Positions 56,301 through 64,000 of a stretch of DNA of 64,000 bases are shown piece by piece; the stretch's first letter is position 1; each line of letters starts with the position of its first letter. Origin of the DNA: Thermoplasmatota archaeon (GTDB taxonomy: Archaea; Thermoplasmatota; Penumbrarchaeia; Penumbrarchaeales; Penumbrarchaeaceae); contig JARVGK010000008.1 in assembly GCA_029762535.1 (NCBI GenBank), forward strand, positions 42,529 to 106,528, written 5' to 3'. Under the pieces are notes generated by a model. It worked only from the letters and a program-made list of their open reading frames with translations, had not been told where the DNA came from and did not search any database. Made by a program: the position numbers and the translations under genes.

Positions 56301-59000
56301 TCCGTGCCTCTGGATATCAGAACCCTGCCCGATCTCATGATAAGGGATGCGTCGTTCGGGATCGACAAGGCGCTTCCTCTAACGATCAATTCGGAGGCCA
56401 TCATTTCCTTCACGGTCGATAATCAGGGGGATCTGCCTTCAGGGCCTTTCGTTATCACCTTGTATGACGGGGAGGAGCTGGAAGGCAGGATCATCGGAGG
56501 AAACATCGCAGTTCCCAATATCGGACCCAGGGATTCCAAGCTGATCGAAGCATCGTGGAGGCCGTCCCTACCGGTAGGAACAAGGGATCTCATCATCGTT
56601 CTCGACAGATTGGATCAGGTCAAGGAACAGAACGAGGACAACAACAACATGACTATACCCGTTCCCATCGATACCGAACCTGACCTCTATCTAGCATCCC
56701 CTATAGGCTTCTCATCCTCACCCATCACGGACGGACAGAACCTTACCATATGGGCCCATGTCGGCAACAGAGGGAACACCAAGGCCTACGATGTGGATGT
56801 CAGATTCGCCCTGGACAGCTACGACAAGCTACTGGACAGGTTAGAGTTCGACCTTATGCCTGGCCAGACCATCAACGTTTCCGTGAACTGGGAGGCTGAG
56901 GATCCCGGAGAACACACGATATACGTGGTCCTGGACTTCCTCAACATGATATTCGAGACCAACGAGAACAATAATCTCGGGTCCAGGATATTGTATGTCA
57001 GGACCAAGGCTGACCTATCCATGAGGGATATCGATTTCCAAGTGTCCCCCGCCGGACCTCTGCCTCTGGGAGAGGTGGCTTACCTAAACGCGACGATATG
57101 GAACACAGGCGAGACCTATGCTCCCAACGTTATCGTGACCTTCTATGATGGGGATCCCGCAGAAGGAGGCAGAATAATATCTTGGAGGGATACACAACCT
57201 TCGGTCAATCTCGAGGATATCGGTTCCGGAGCATGGAAAAAGGCCTCTGTATCCTGGATACCGACCACGGGAGGATGGCATAGCATATACGTTGTTATGG
57301 ACCCCTTGGACCTGATAATCGAGTCCGACAAGGAGAACAATGTCAGAATATGGGAAGTCTACGTGAAGACACTGCCAGATATCACCATCTCATCGTTGAA
57401 ACTGATTCAGGGCGGCTTCGTCATATCCTCATCCGGCGTTGGCAAGAACCTGAGGATCAATGCTACCATCGTCAACAACGGGGATATGCCCGCGGGCGAA
57501 TTCGCATTGACGTTCTACAACGGCAATCCGCTCTACGGCGAGGACAGCTACGTCATTGGACAGGAGAACAGATTCCCATCGGGAAGGCTGAAGGGGATGT
57601 CCTCGGTGAACATAGAGGTTCCCTGGAAGGTCGAATACCCCAAAGGAATAAGGGAGATCTTCGCAGAGGTCCATATGATCGACGGTGTTGAATCGGACAA
57701 GACCAACAATCAGATATCCGCGGTCCTTGAGGTGTTCGATATCGAGGATGTTCCGGAACTGCAAACGGTGGAGGAGTCCATCTTCATCGGCTCGAGATAT
57801 TCAGGGATAGATCCGATAGAGAGCGGGATGGCATTCTCCGGAATGAACCTTACCGTATATGCGAACATCAGCAATACCGGTGGCAAAGCGGTGGTGAACG
57901 CCACTATAGCCTTCATCGTTTCAAATGATACCGACGAGTGGACGACCTTCACAAAGGTGATAGACTACATCGAGAGCGGGGACAACGTCTCGATAATGGG
58001 CTGGTGGCATCTGAAGGACCTTGGACCCAGCAAATTGACGATAGTGATCGATCCCGACAACGATATTAGGGAGTTCGATGAGGGAAATAACATTCATACG
58101 ATCGAGCTGGATGTGATATCTGCTCCTGACCTCACCGTTGATCTCGTGAGGGAGGGGGATGCTTACGATCCTGAGAACGGACAATTCGAGATCATAAGTG
58201 GATCGGATTATTCAGTCAGCTTCGATGTGATCAACAACGGGAATTTCACCTATAACGGTTTAGGAGTGTCATTCACCGGAAAGGCGCTCGTCAACGAACA
58301 GAGGATCTCCGTCGATCCCTATTCGACCACCAGGGTGACCTTCATCGTTAGGTCCGATATCGCATACGACGTGCCGGTAAGCTGGAAATGCCAGATAAAT
58401 ACCAACCAGGAGCATTTCGAGTTGGATTTCGATAACAACGAGGCCGCGGCGATATTCTCGATCTCAGAACCCGAGGAAACGACCTTCCCGTGGTTCATCC
58501 TGATCCTGGTCGTGTTGATCATAGCAGCCGCTGTGTTCGCAGCTGTTTATTTCCTCGTCATAAGGACACAAAAAGGACAGATGGCAAAGTGTTCCAACTG
58601 CGGAGGCCTGGTGGAGATCGAGGCTACGTCATGCAAGCACTGCGGTGTGGAGTTCTCCGAAGAGATCGAATGCGAATGCGGCACCATAATTCCCCAGGGT
58701 GCCAAGGAATGCCCCAACTGCAAGAAGCCTGTTATCACCCCCGCACCCATCGAGGAGGAGGGAGAGCCAAAAACTCCGTCCGAGGAAGAGGATAACGCCA
58801 AGGAGGAGGACGGGAAGGCCGACGACAAGGAGAGATCGGAAGAGGATGCCGAGAAGATCGAAGATGAGGAGATGCTATCAGAGGAATCGCTCGTCACACC
58901 TCCCTCGACCGAATCCGAGATGGCGGAATGCTATGAATGCGGGGCGGTGATACCGATCTCCGCACCCATATGCCCCCACTGCGGAGCGGTCTTCGAATAG
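53328..59000 (+). CDS. Giant surface protein: beta-helix-like N-terminus, about 8 CARDB domains, TM helix, cytoplasmic zinc ribbons
   Basis: Repeats of PDL..NxG..W..DxxxxIxExxExNN; TM WFILILVVLIIAAAVFAAVYFLVI; CSNC/CKHC, CEC/CPNC and CYEC/CPHC. Confidence 0.88.
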   Translation: MTVVDNGKKGYRKILIAMIILTLTLTVGIGMFHRDDEGALGATTVGNISVTGGTEKTYDDVDYLLDGDIEVSGTGSKLVFKDSRITMSQDVGNDGVLGGGDDHIYHIIVENGGELVFENSHLTSRTDQLHPYFAMEIIVRDSGSKLVLENSLLEGPGTLAISSSAEFHMISSSITAFSNQDDLAYDIDGDGSTDDDRDYNDDSVEISFTTGAKAVIIDSQIRDTFSFDVPSRDGRTGGNIEVTGSGTNITVINSFLDIDFESRTQTGTHNTLSISGGAVAHLVGVSINKTATTASSAIDITGVASRAYYYRWIGATASDGVNIPISGADFGIYRVEGSQDRQLSSAYLTQEILDYMGRTSVTWSRTDAMGMAMIPVVTDVFSADTMPNSEAYPDFRISMTVDGDTISSRASFDSYPSIAGQDDEYGLIERFTGGESVSTYLVDDLRGYFSFKDSITNPVLSSTFSGISVDTNVGTIMTLKGTSAAINGTVYPSYYAFGGHLIIGSGGSLTITDTYVSFLTDEGPLYILVQNGGTVLLNNVTLSATGPHGLYVYVMGTGTPTMKMTSGKFTTSALAVRQAGSVDIVSDSFSSTLNSVGSSTSIKVRSLESTFGSVYARDGSIDIGGGNLSLPVTELSGVRLTIEDALVKNTLDLDNDSDIINSRFNGTLPSGRTHWIKATGSGVISLSNRVKARVVDSVSNPIPGSILRAYRISPGGSTLFSSVQTDDMAEGALVLVQEEIGISGRTYLGNYIINASYTGYESSPYTANIVGKDIDLIVTIQGSPDIAVEYVNFIGSMIDGNEVHVSASIINQGRFSADPFRATFFVNGMIEGESDIEPLFPGETKMAFFNWTPVSGMADLIIQLDRDQNVREIDRSNNMWNSVKLIGFGPDYAIDIETGDDQWVYATEREITIVIRNVGEEDPEENNFTVNVMWRKGLEFGYIAQDIVFDYIPPGGIARMTLNWTPPISGDVILTGEVFAKFDSTPMNSYYSVPLDIRTLPDLMIRDASFGIDKALPLTINSEAIISFTVDNQGDLPSGPFVITLYDGEELEGRIIGGNIAVPNIGPRDSKLIEASWRPSLPVGTRDLIIVLDRLDQVKEQNEDNNNMTIPVPIDTEPDLYLASPIGFSSSPITDGQNLTIWAHVGNRGNTKAYDVDVRFALDSYDKLLDRLEFDLMPGQTINVSVNWEAEDPGEHTIYVVLDFLNMIFETNENNNLGSRILYVRTKADLSMRDIDFQVSPAGPLPLGEVAYLNATIWNTGETYAPNVIVTFYDGDPAEGGRIISWRDTQPSVNLEDIGSGAWKKASVSWIPTTGGWHSIYVVMDPLDLIIESDKENNVRIWEVYVKTLPDITISSLKLIQGGFVISSSGVGKNLRINATIVNNGDMPAGEFALTFYNGNPLYGEDSYVIGQENRFPSGRLKGMSSVNIEVPWKVEYPKGIREIFAEVHMIDGVESDKTNNQISAVLEVFDIEDVPELQTVEESIFIGSRYSGIDPIESGMAFSGMNLTVYANISNTGGKAVVNATIAFIVSNDTDEWTTFTKVIDYIESGDNVSIMGWWHLKDLGPSKLTIVIDPDNDIREFDEGNNIHTIELDVISAPDLTVDLVREGDAYDPENGQFEIISGSDYSVSFDVINNGNFTYNGLGVSFTGKALVNEQRISVDPYSTTRVTFIVRSDIAYDVPVSWKCQINTNQEHFELDFDNNEAAAIFSISEPEETTFPWFILILVVLIIAAAVFAAVYFLVIRTQKGQMAKCSNCGGLVEIEATSCKHCGVEFSEEIECECGTIIPQGAKECPNCKKPVITPAPIEEEGEPKTPSEEEDNAKEEDGKADDKERSEEDAEKIEDEEMLSEESLVTPPSTESEMAECYECGAVIPISAPICPHCGAVFE

Positions 59001-59038
59001 GACGAAAATATAATATCGACCTGCCTCCTTCAGGAGAT

Positions 59039-60112
59039 ATGGTATCGCAGGATATTTCCAAGTTGCTGGATGAGTATGATAAAGATGATCTCACAGTAGT
59101 CACCGTATGCTCTCATTCGAGTTTACAGATATTTCACGGGGCAAAGCGTGAAGGCCTCAGAACGCTTGGGATCGCCATCGGTTCGGAGCCAAAGCTTCAC
59201 CGCGCCTTCCCTGCCGCACGCCCGGACGAATACCTCATACTCGACTCGTACGAGGAGATGCTCGACCATATGGACGACATCATATCTAGGAACGGTGTAA
59301 TAATCCCGCACGGGTCCTTCGTCGAATACCTCGGTGCCAGGAGGTTCCTCGAGATTAAGGCCCCCACTTTCGGCAACAGACGGGTCCTGGAATGGGAATC
59401 CGACCGCAGCATGGAGCGAGTATGGCTCGAGAAGGCGGGAATAAGGATGCCCAGGGAGATAGTCGACCCGAAGAAGATAGACCGACCGGTCATGGTCAAA
59501 TACCAAGGGGCCCGTGGCGGCCGGGGTTTCTTCATCGCCAAGGATTACAACCAGTTCAAGATGGGGATCGAACCCGATCAGAAGTTCAACATTCAGGAGT
59601 ACATACTCGGGACCAGGTACTATCTTCATTTCTTCCACTCTCCGTTGAGGACCGAGGGATATTCAGTTGATGGTGCCAAGGGTATCCTGGAACTGATGTC
59701 CATGGACAGAAGGGATGAGTCCAACATCGATGAGATGTACAAGCTGGGATCCCAGGAGGAGCTTAAGGAGCACGGGATATACCCCACCTTCGTAGTAACC
59801 GGAAACGTTCCAGTGGTCCTGCGCGAATCATTGCTTCCAAGAGCCTTTAAGCTTGCTGAGAGCGCTGTGAGGACCTCTTATGAGCTCTTTGGAGGGATGA
59901 TCGGACCGTTCTGCCTTGAGAGCGTTGTAACGGACAAACTGGAGATCGTCGTTTTCGAGATCTCGGCGCGAATAGTTGCCGGGACCAATCCATTCATCAC
60001 CGGATCCCCATATGCCGACCTTATTGAGCCTGGCCTGTCCACGGGAAGAAGGATCTCTCAGGAGATCAAACTGGGAGTGGAAACGAACAAGCTGGGAGAG
60101 ATACTATCTTGA
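59039..60112 (+). CDS. purP: PurP-family ATP-grasp formate ligase (FAICAR synthetase-like)
   Basis: SHSSLQI, IPHGSFVEY, GARGGRGFF, DRRDESNID, GNVPVVLRESLL and FEISARIVAGTN; GGAG RBS. Confidence 0.9.
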   Translation: MVSQDISKLLDEYDKDDLTVVTVCSHSSLQIFHGAKREGLRTLGIAIGSEPKLHRAFPAARPDEYLILDSYEEMLDHMDDIISRNGVIIPHGSFVEYLGARRFLEIKAPTFGNRRVLEWESDRSMERVWLEKAGIRMPREIVDPKKIDRPVMVKYQGARGGRGFFIAKDYNQFKMGIEPDQKFNIQEYILGTRYYLHFFHSPLRTEGYSVDGAKGILELMSMDRRDESNIDEMYKLGSQEELKEHGIYPTFVVTGNVPVVLRESLLPRAFKLAESAVRTSYELFGGMIGPFCLESVVTDKLEIVVFEISARIVAGTNPFITGSPYADLIEPGLSTGRRISQEIKLGVETNKLGEILS

Positions 60113-60137
60113 CATATCCACATCGAGTGGGATCCTG

Positions 60138-60644
60138 ATGAGGACTTTCATCTTCGATTTCGACGATACGTTGGCGGGTTATTCCTTGTTCAACACCTGG
60201 GCGATCCATCTGGACATTCCTCTTATAAAACCTATCGGTGGATTGCTTCCTGGAGCCGAACGGGTCCTTGACCACCTATCTTCAAAGGGCGACCGCCTCT
60301 ACATGCTAACACTCAACATCGTTCTTGACGAGAGGAGGAAATGGAAAAAGCTCGACCGGCTTGGAATGCGGCGATGGTTCCATGAGGGCAATACGATCAT
60401 GGTCCGCAAGAAGACACCTGAGATTTTTCTGAGTATATGCGGGGATACGGACCTTTCAGAATGCTATATGGTAGGGAATTCGTTCAGGAACGACATCGCC
60501 CCGGCACTCGAAGCGAGTATCAAGGCAATATACATACCCAGACCATTCTTCAAACGCCCCCTTTCATGGAGGCATCCGATGTCCAAAGGCCTGATCAAGC
60601 TATCAAAAATCGAACAGATAATCAGCGAATACGACAGGATATGA
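60138..60644 (+). CDS. HAD-family hydrolase
   Basis: FDFDDTL motif I, LT motif II, KK and MVGNSFRNDI. Confidence 0.87.
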   Translation: MRTFIFDFDDTLAGYSLFNTWAIHLDIPLIKPIGGLLPGAERVLDHLSSKGDRLYMLTLNIVLDERRKWKKLDRLGMRRWFHEGNTIMVRKKTPEIFLSICGDTDLSECYMVGNSFRNDIAPALEASIKAIYIPRPFFKRPLSWRHPMSKGLIKLSKIEQIISEYDRI

Positions 60645-60695
60645 CACGAACAATTTAATACGAGGACCTTTAATCAGCCGCCTGTCGTGCTAGAG

Positions 60696-62759
60696 ATGAA
60701 ACTTATAGTATGCGAAAAGGATGACGCCGCAAAAAGGATCGCCGGGATCCTCTCGGGTGATACCGCCAGCAAGGAAAGGAGAGGAAAGGTCAGCATCTAT
60801 AAATTTCGCTGGAAGAACGCTCCAGCATGCGCGATCGGTCTGAGAGGACATATCCTCAATCTCGACTACCCGAAAAAATTCAAGGACTGGTCCGGAACGG
60901 ACCCTGCGGACCTGACGGAGGTCGAACCAATAAAGGTGGTCTCGGAGAGGTCCATTGCCAGCACACTTAAGTCTCTGGTCAGCGAGGCGGACGTCATATA
61001 CATGGCTACGGATTACGATAGGGAAGGGGAGCTTATAGGACTCGAGGCGATCACTCATGCGATATCCGGAGAGGGGGAAAAGAAGCTCATCCGGGTAAAG
61101 TTCTCTTCTCTCACCAAGGAGGAGGTTATGGCATCGTTCTCGAAGATGCACGATATCGACCGAAACCTTGCCAATTCAGCTGAGGCTAGGCAGATCATAG
61201 ATCTGACATGGGGGGCTTCACTTACCAGATTCATATCCCTCGCATCCAATCGGGTAGGTCACGAGTTCCTATCCGTTGGACGGGTCCAAAGCCCCACACT
61301 CGCTCTTATAGTCGATAAGGAGAAGGACATCAAATCCTTCGTTCCTGAGCCTTACTGGAACATAGAGGCGGACCTTCACAGGGAGATGACCTTCACATCC
61401 GCACATGGGGCGAGGGACATCCATGATGAACAGCTTGCCCTGGATGTACATTCAAGGATCGCTGACGCGCGATCCGCCCTCATCGTGGACGTTTCAGAGA
61501 GGGAGCGAATAGACAAGGTCCCGCCTCCGTTCAATACGACTTCCTTCATAAAGGCGGCCAATAACCTCGGCCTTTCCGCGGCAAGGATAATGTCCATCGC
61601 CGAGGACCTCTACACCAACGGTTACATATCATATCCCAGGACAGATAACACTGTATATCCACCAACGCTCGACCTCAGGGACTGCGTACGAACGCTGAAC
61701 CGCGGACCTTATTCAAAGGAAGCGGAATATATACTCAGCAAGGTGAGATTGGTCCCATCAAGGGGAGATAAGGAGACCACTGACCATCCTCCAATATACC
61801 CAACGGAATACGCTGAATTGGGCCAGCTCTCGGGGGATCGATTCAAGGTCTACGACCTCATCGTCAGAAGGTTCCTGGCCACGCTCCACGATCCGGCAAG
61901 GGTCCTGGTCAGGTCCCTGAAGATAGATATCCGTTCCGAACCGTTCACCGCCTCCGGGATCACTGTCATATACCCCGGGTGGAGGAACATCTATCACTAC
62001 TCGAAAGTGAATGAGACAGCGCTTCCTGATCTTGGACCGGGGGATAAAGTGGACGTGGTCGAGGTGAGGCTGCTCTCCAAGGAGACGAAGCCTCCAAAAA
62101 GATACAGCCAAGGCTCACTGATCCAGGAGATGGAGAGGCTTGGCCTCGGAACCAAATCCACCAGGCATGAGATAATTCAAAAGCTCTACGACCGCAGGTT
62201 CATCGAGGACTCGCCTCCCAGACCAACTCTTTCCGGCGAAGCCTTGATACTCTCCCTCGAAAGGCATGCATCGACCATAACGAAACCTGATATGACTGCC
62301 CGGCTCGAATCTGATATGGACCTGATAGCGAGCGGGAACAGAGAGTTCCAGGATGTGGTCGAGGAATCCAGGTCGATGCTCAGGGACCTGATGCCTCAAC
62401 TAAAGCGCAACAGGGAGGCGATCGGCAAGGAGATAAACGATGCGCTTATGGAGCAGAACATCGCGGGGAAGTGCCCAAGATGCGATAATAACATGCATCT
62501 TGTCAAATCCCGTTGGGGAAAGAGATACGTCCGCTGCTCCAAATATCCCGGCTGCTCCAGAAGCTTTCCCCTACCGCAGAGGGGAAAGGTGACGTTCACC
62601 ATGGACAGATGCGAGATATGCAGGTCCCCCATCATAACCCTGTACAGAAGGAAGGGTCCGCCATACAACAAGTGTATCAACCCCAAATGTCCCAACGGGA
62701 GGTATGGTAGCAATGAAAATGAACATATCGACGCTGCCTCTAAAGAACTCGGGCCTTGA
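60696..62759 (+). CDS. topA: DNA topoisomerase IA
   Basis: CEK Toprim, ATDYDREGE, SVGRVQSPTL, GYISYPRTD active Tyr, GLGTKSTR, C-terminal Zn ribbons. Confidence 0.96.
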   Translation: MKLIVCEKDDAAKRIAGILSGDTASKERRGKVSIYKFRWKNAPACAIGLRGHILNLDYPKKFKDWSGTDPADLTEVEPIKVVSERSIASTLKSLVSEADVIYMATDYDREGELIGLEAITHAISGEGEKKLIRVKFSSLTKEEVMASFSKMHDIDRNLANSAEARQIIDLTWGASLTRFISLASNRVGHEFLSVGRVQSPTLALIVDKEKDIKSFVPEPYWNIEADLHREMTFTSAHGARDIHDEQLALDVHSRIADARSALIVDVSERERIDKVPPPFNTTSFIKAANNLGLSAARIMSIAEDLYTNGYISYPRTDNTVYPPTLDLRDCVRTLNRGPYSKEAEYILSKVRLVPSRGDKETTDHPPIYPTEYAELGQLSGDRFKVYDLIVRRFLATLHDPARVLVRSLKIDIRSEPFTASGITVIYPGWRNIYHYSKVNETALPDLGPGDKVDVVEVRLLSKETKPPKRYSQGSLIQEMERLGLGTKSTRHEIIQKLYDRRFIEDSPPRPTLSGEALILSLERHASTITKPDMTARLESDMDLIASGNREFQDVVEESRSMLRDLMPQLKRNREAIGKEINDALMEQNIAGKCPRCDNNMHLVKSRWGKRYVRCSKYPGCSRSFPLPQRGKVTFTMDRCEICRSPIITLYRRKGPPYNKCINPKCPNGRYGSNENEHIDAASKELGP

Positions 62760-63579
62760 GAAACCCAAGAGAAGGTTCGAGGACCTGGGCCCTCCCCTGA
62801 TCATGGGCATATTGAACGTGACACCCGACTCGTTCTACGATGGAGGCATGTTCACTACAGCGGAGGATGCAATATCCAGAGCGCGAGAGATGGTCGAACA
62901 TGGAGCCGATATCATCGATGTGGGAGGAGAATCCACAAGGCCATTCGCCAGGCCTGTCACCCGGGAGGAGGAGTTGGCAAGGGTCTTTCCTGTAGTTGAG
63001 GAACTCGCCTCATCCCTTGAGGTCCCGATATCCATCGATACCAGACATGAGAAGATAGCTCGCGCATGTGTGGAAGCAGGCGCCTGTATCGTAAACGACG
63101 TCAACGGCCTCAAGGGTTCTGGAATGGCCCGGCTTGTAGCGGAACTGGGACCAAGCGCCGTCGTGATGCACATGAAAGGGACACCGCAGGACATGCAGGT
63201 GGATCCCTATTATGACAATGTTGTTCAGGAGGTTGGCGATTATCTTTCTCAACGCGTTTTGGACCTATGCGATCATGGAATCGAAAAGGAGCGCTTGATC
63301 ATTGATCCCGGCATAGGCTTCGGTAAGAGAACGGAAGACAACCTCGCAATCTTAAGGGATCTATCACAAATGAAACGATTGGGCTTACCCATAATGATCG
63401 GTGCGTCCAGGAAATCCTTCATCGGGCAGGTCCTGGACCTGGATGTCCATAATAGGCTCGAAGGCTCCATTGCCGCCGCTGTCATTGCGGTCATGAACGG
63501 GGCGAGCATAGTCAGGGTCCATGATGTCCTTGAAACGAGAAGGGCGCTCAAGATCGTGAAGGCTGTAATGAAGATATAG
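62704..63579 (+). CDS. folP: Dihydropteroate synthase (start uncertain; overlaps topA end)
   Basis: MGILNVTPDSFYDGG, DVGGESTRP, SIDT, DPGIGFGK, SRKSFIG and VRVHDV. Confidence 0.95.
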   Translation: MVAMKMNISTLPLKNSGLEKPKRRFEDLGPPLIMGILNVTPDSFYDGGMFTTAEDAISRAREMVEHGADIIDVGGESTRPFARPVTREEELARVFPVVEELASSLEVPISIDTRHEKIARACVEAGACIVNDVNGLKGSGMARLVAELGPSAVVMHMKGTPQDMQVDPYYDNVVQEVGDYLSQRVLDLCDHGIEKERLIIDPGIGFGKRTEDNLAILRDLSQMKRLGLPIMIGASRKSFIGQVLDLDVHNRLEGSIAAAVIAVMNGASIVRVHDVLETRRALKIVKAVMKI

Positions 63580-63609
63580 CTTATCGCATACGTTCGAATA
63601 AAAGATAAA

Positions 63610-63637
63610 CATCCCCCGGGTCTGATCCCGGGGGATG
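63610..63637. terminator. 11-bp stem hairpin between convergent genes
   Basis: CATCCCCCGGG-TCTGAT-CCCGGGGGATG. Confidence 0.65.
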
Positions 63638-63667
63638 CACTGCCCGATACCTACACTGGCCGGCACA

Positions 63668-64000
63668 TCACAGGGACTTCCTCTCACCGCAGAGAGGACA
63701 CTCCACCTGAGACGCGCCCGAAGGAACGTCGATAGACGAGCCGCAAAGATCACACGTCGTCATGCTATCTCCAGAGGACTCGGAACCAGGAAGGGACTCC
63801 GTCCTCATCAGCTCCTCCGGGGTCGGAACAGCACCGGGAGAGGACACGGATGAACCGCGCCTCACTCGCTTGGGGGCGGGGGCTCGTGGCTCGGGTGCCT
63901 TGGGGGAAGGAGCACGAGGCTCCTCCTTGACCTCGGGAGAAGGAGCAGGCCTGGGCTCCTCGGATGGAGGAGGGGATACCTTGACACCCGCCTTCTTTAT
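63668..64000 (-). CDS. 3' end of a protein with Pro-rich linker and C-terminal zinc ribbon (truncated by the window edge)
   Basis: Open from the window end: IKKAGVKVSPPPSEEPRP...CDLC...CPLCGERKSL*. Confidence 0.75.
   Translation of the reverse strand: MKKAGVKVSPPPSEEPRPAPSPEVKEEPRAPSPKAPEPRAPAPKRVRRGSSVSSPGAVPTPEELMRTESLPGSESSGDSMTTCDLCGSSIDVPSGASQVECPLCGERKSL

Noticed and set aside
1-64000. CRISPR array, transposase, integrase, reverse transcriptase, rRNA, or Pyl/Sec readthrough
   Set aside because: No regularly spaced repeats or diagnostic motifs seen by eye; the recognised genes appear complete without stop-codon readthrough

Overview
Gene-dense, GC-rich archaeal chromosomal segment. Gene content (archaeal RPA pair, PCNA, PAN, prefoldin-alpha/FtsY, DtdA, PurP, intron-containing tRNA-Tyr, DUF835/RAD55 proteins, giant CARDB/Kelch/FN3 surface proteins) suggests an uncultured Thermoplasmatota lineage (inference). 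It is mostly core genome: RNase P RNA, bacterial-type uvrA/B/C, purN/purH/purP, folP, glyA, rocD, glmU-like, elp3, metG, iscS/iscU and topA. About one third of the window encodes very large membrane-anchored extracellular proteins. I saw no CRISPR array, integrase or transposase. The most interesting signals are small: (1) a ~100-aa protein ending in a ribosomal P-stalk-like peptide; (2) a TPR protein starting with a ParB-type LGRG(I)xAL peptide, divergent from the RPA genes; (3) an IscS whose PLP-binding Lys is replaced by Asp; (4) a stand-alone RecQ RQC-HRDC gene flanked by related hairpins, with an orphan promoter that may drive an sRNA; (5) an att-like 19-bp duplication of the tRNA-Tyr 3' end; (6) a DUF835-like domain nested inside a STAND-like ATPase; (7) an AT-hook-like tail on UvrA. 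All family assignments come from motif recognition by eye, not database searches.
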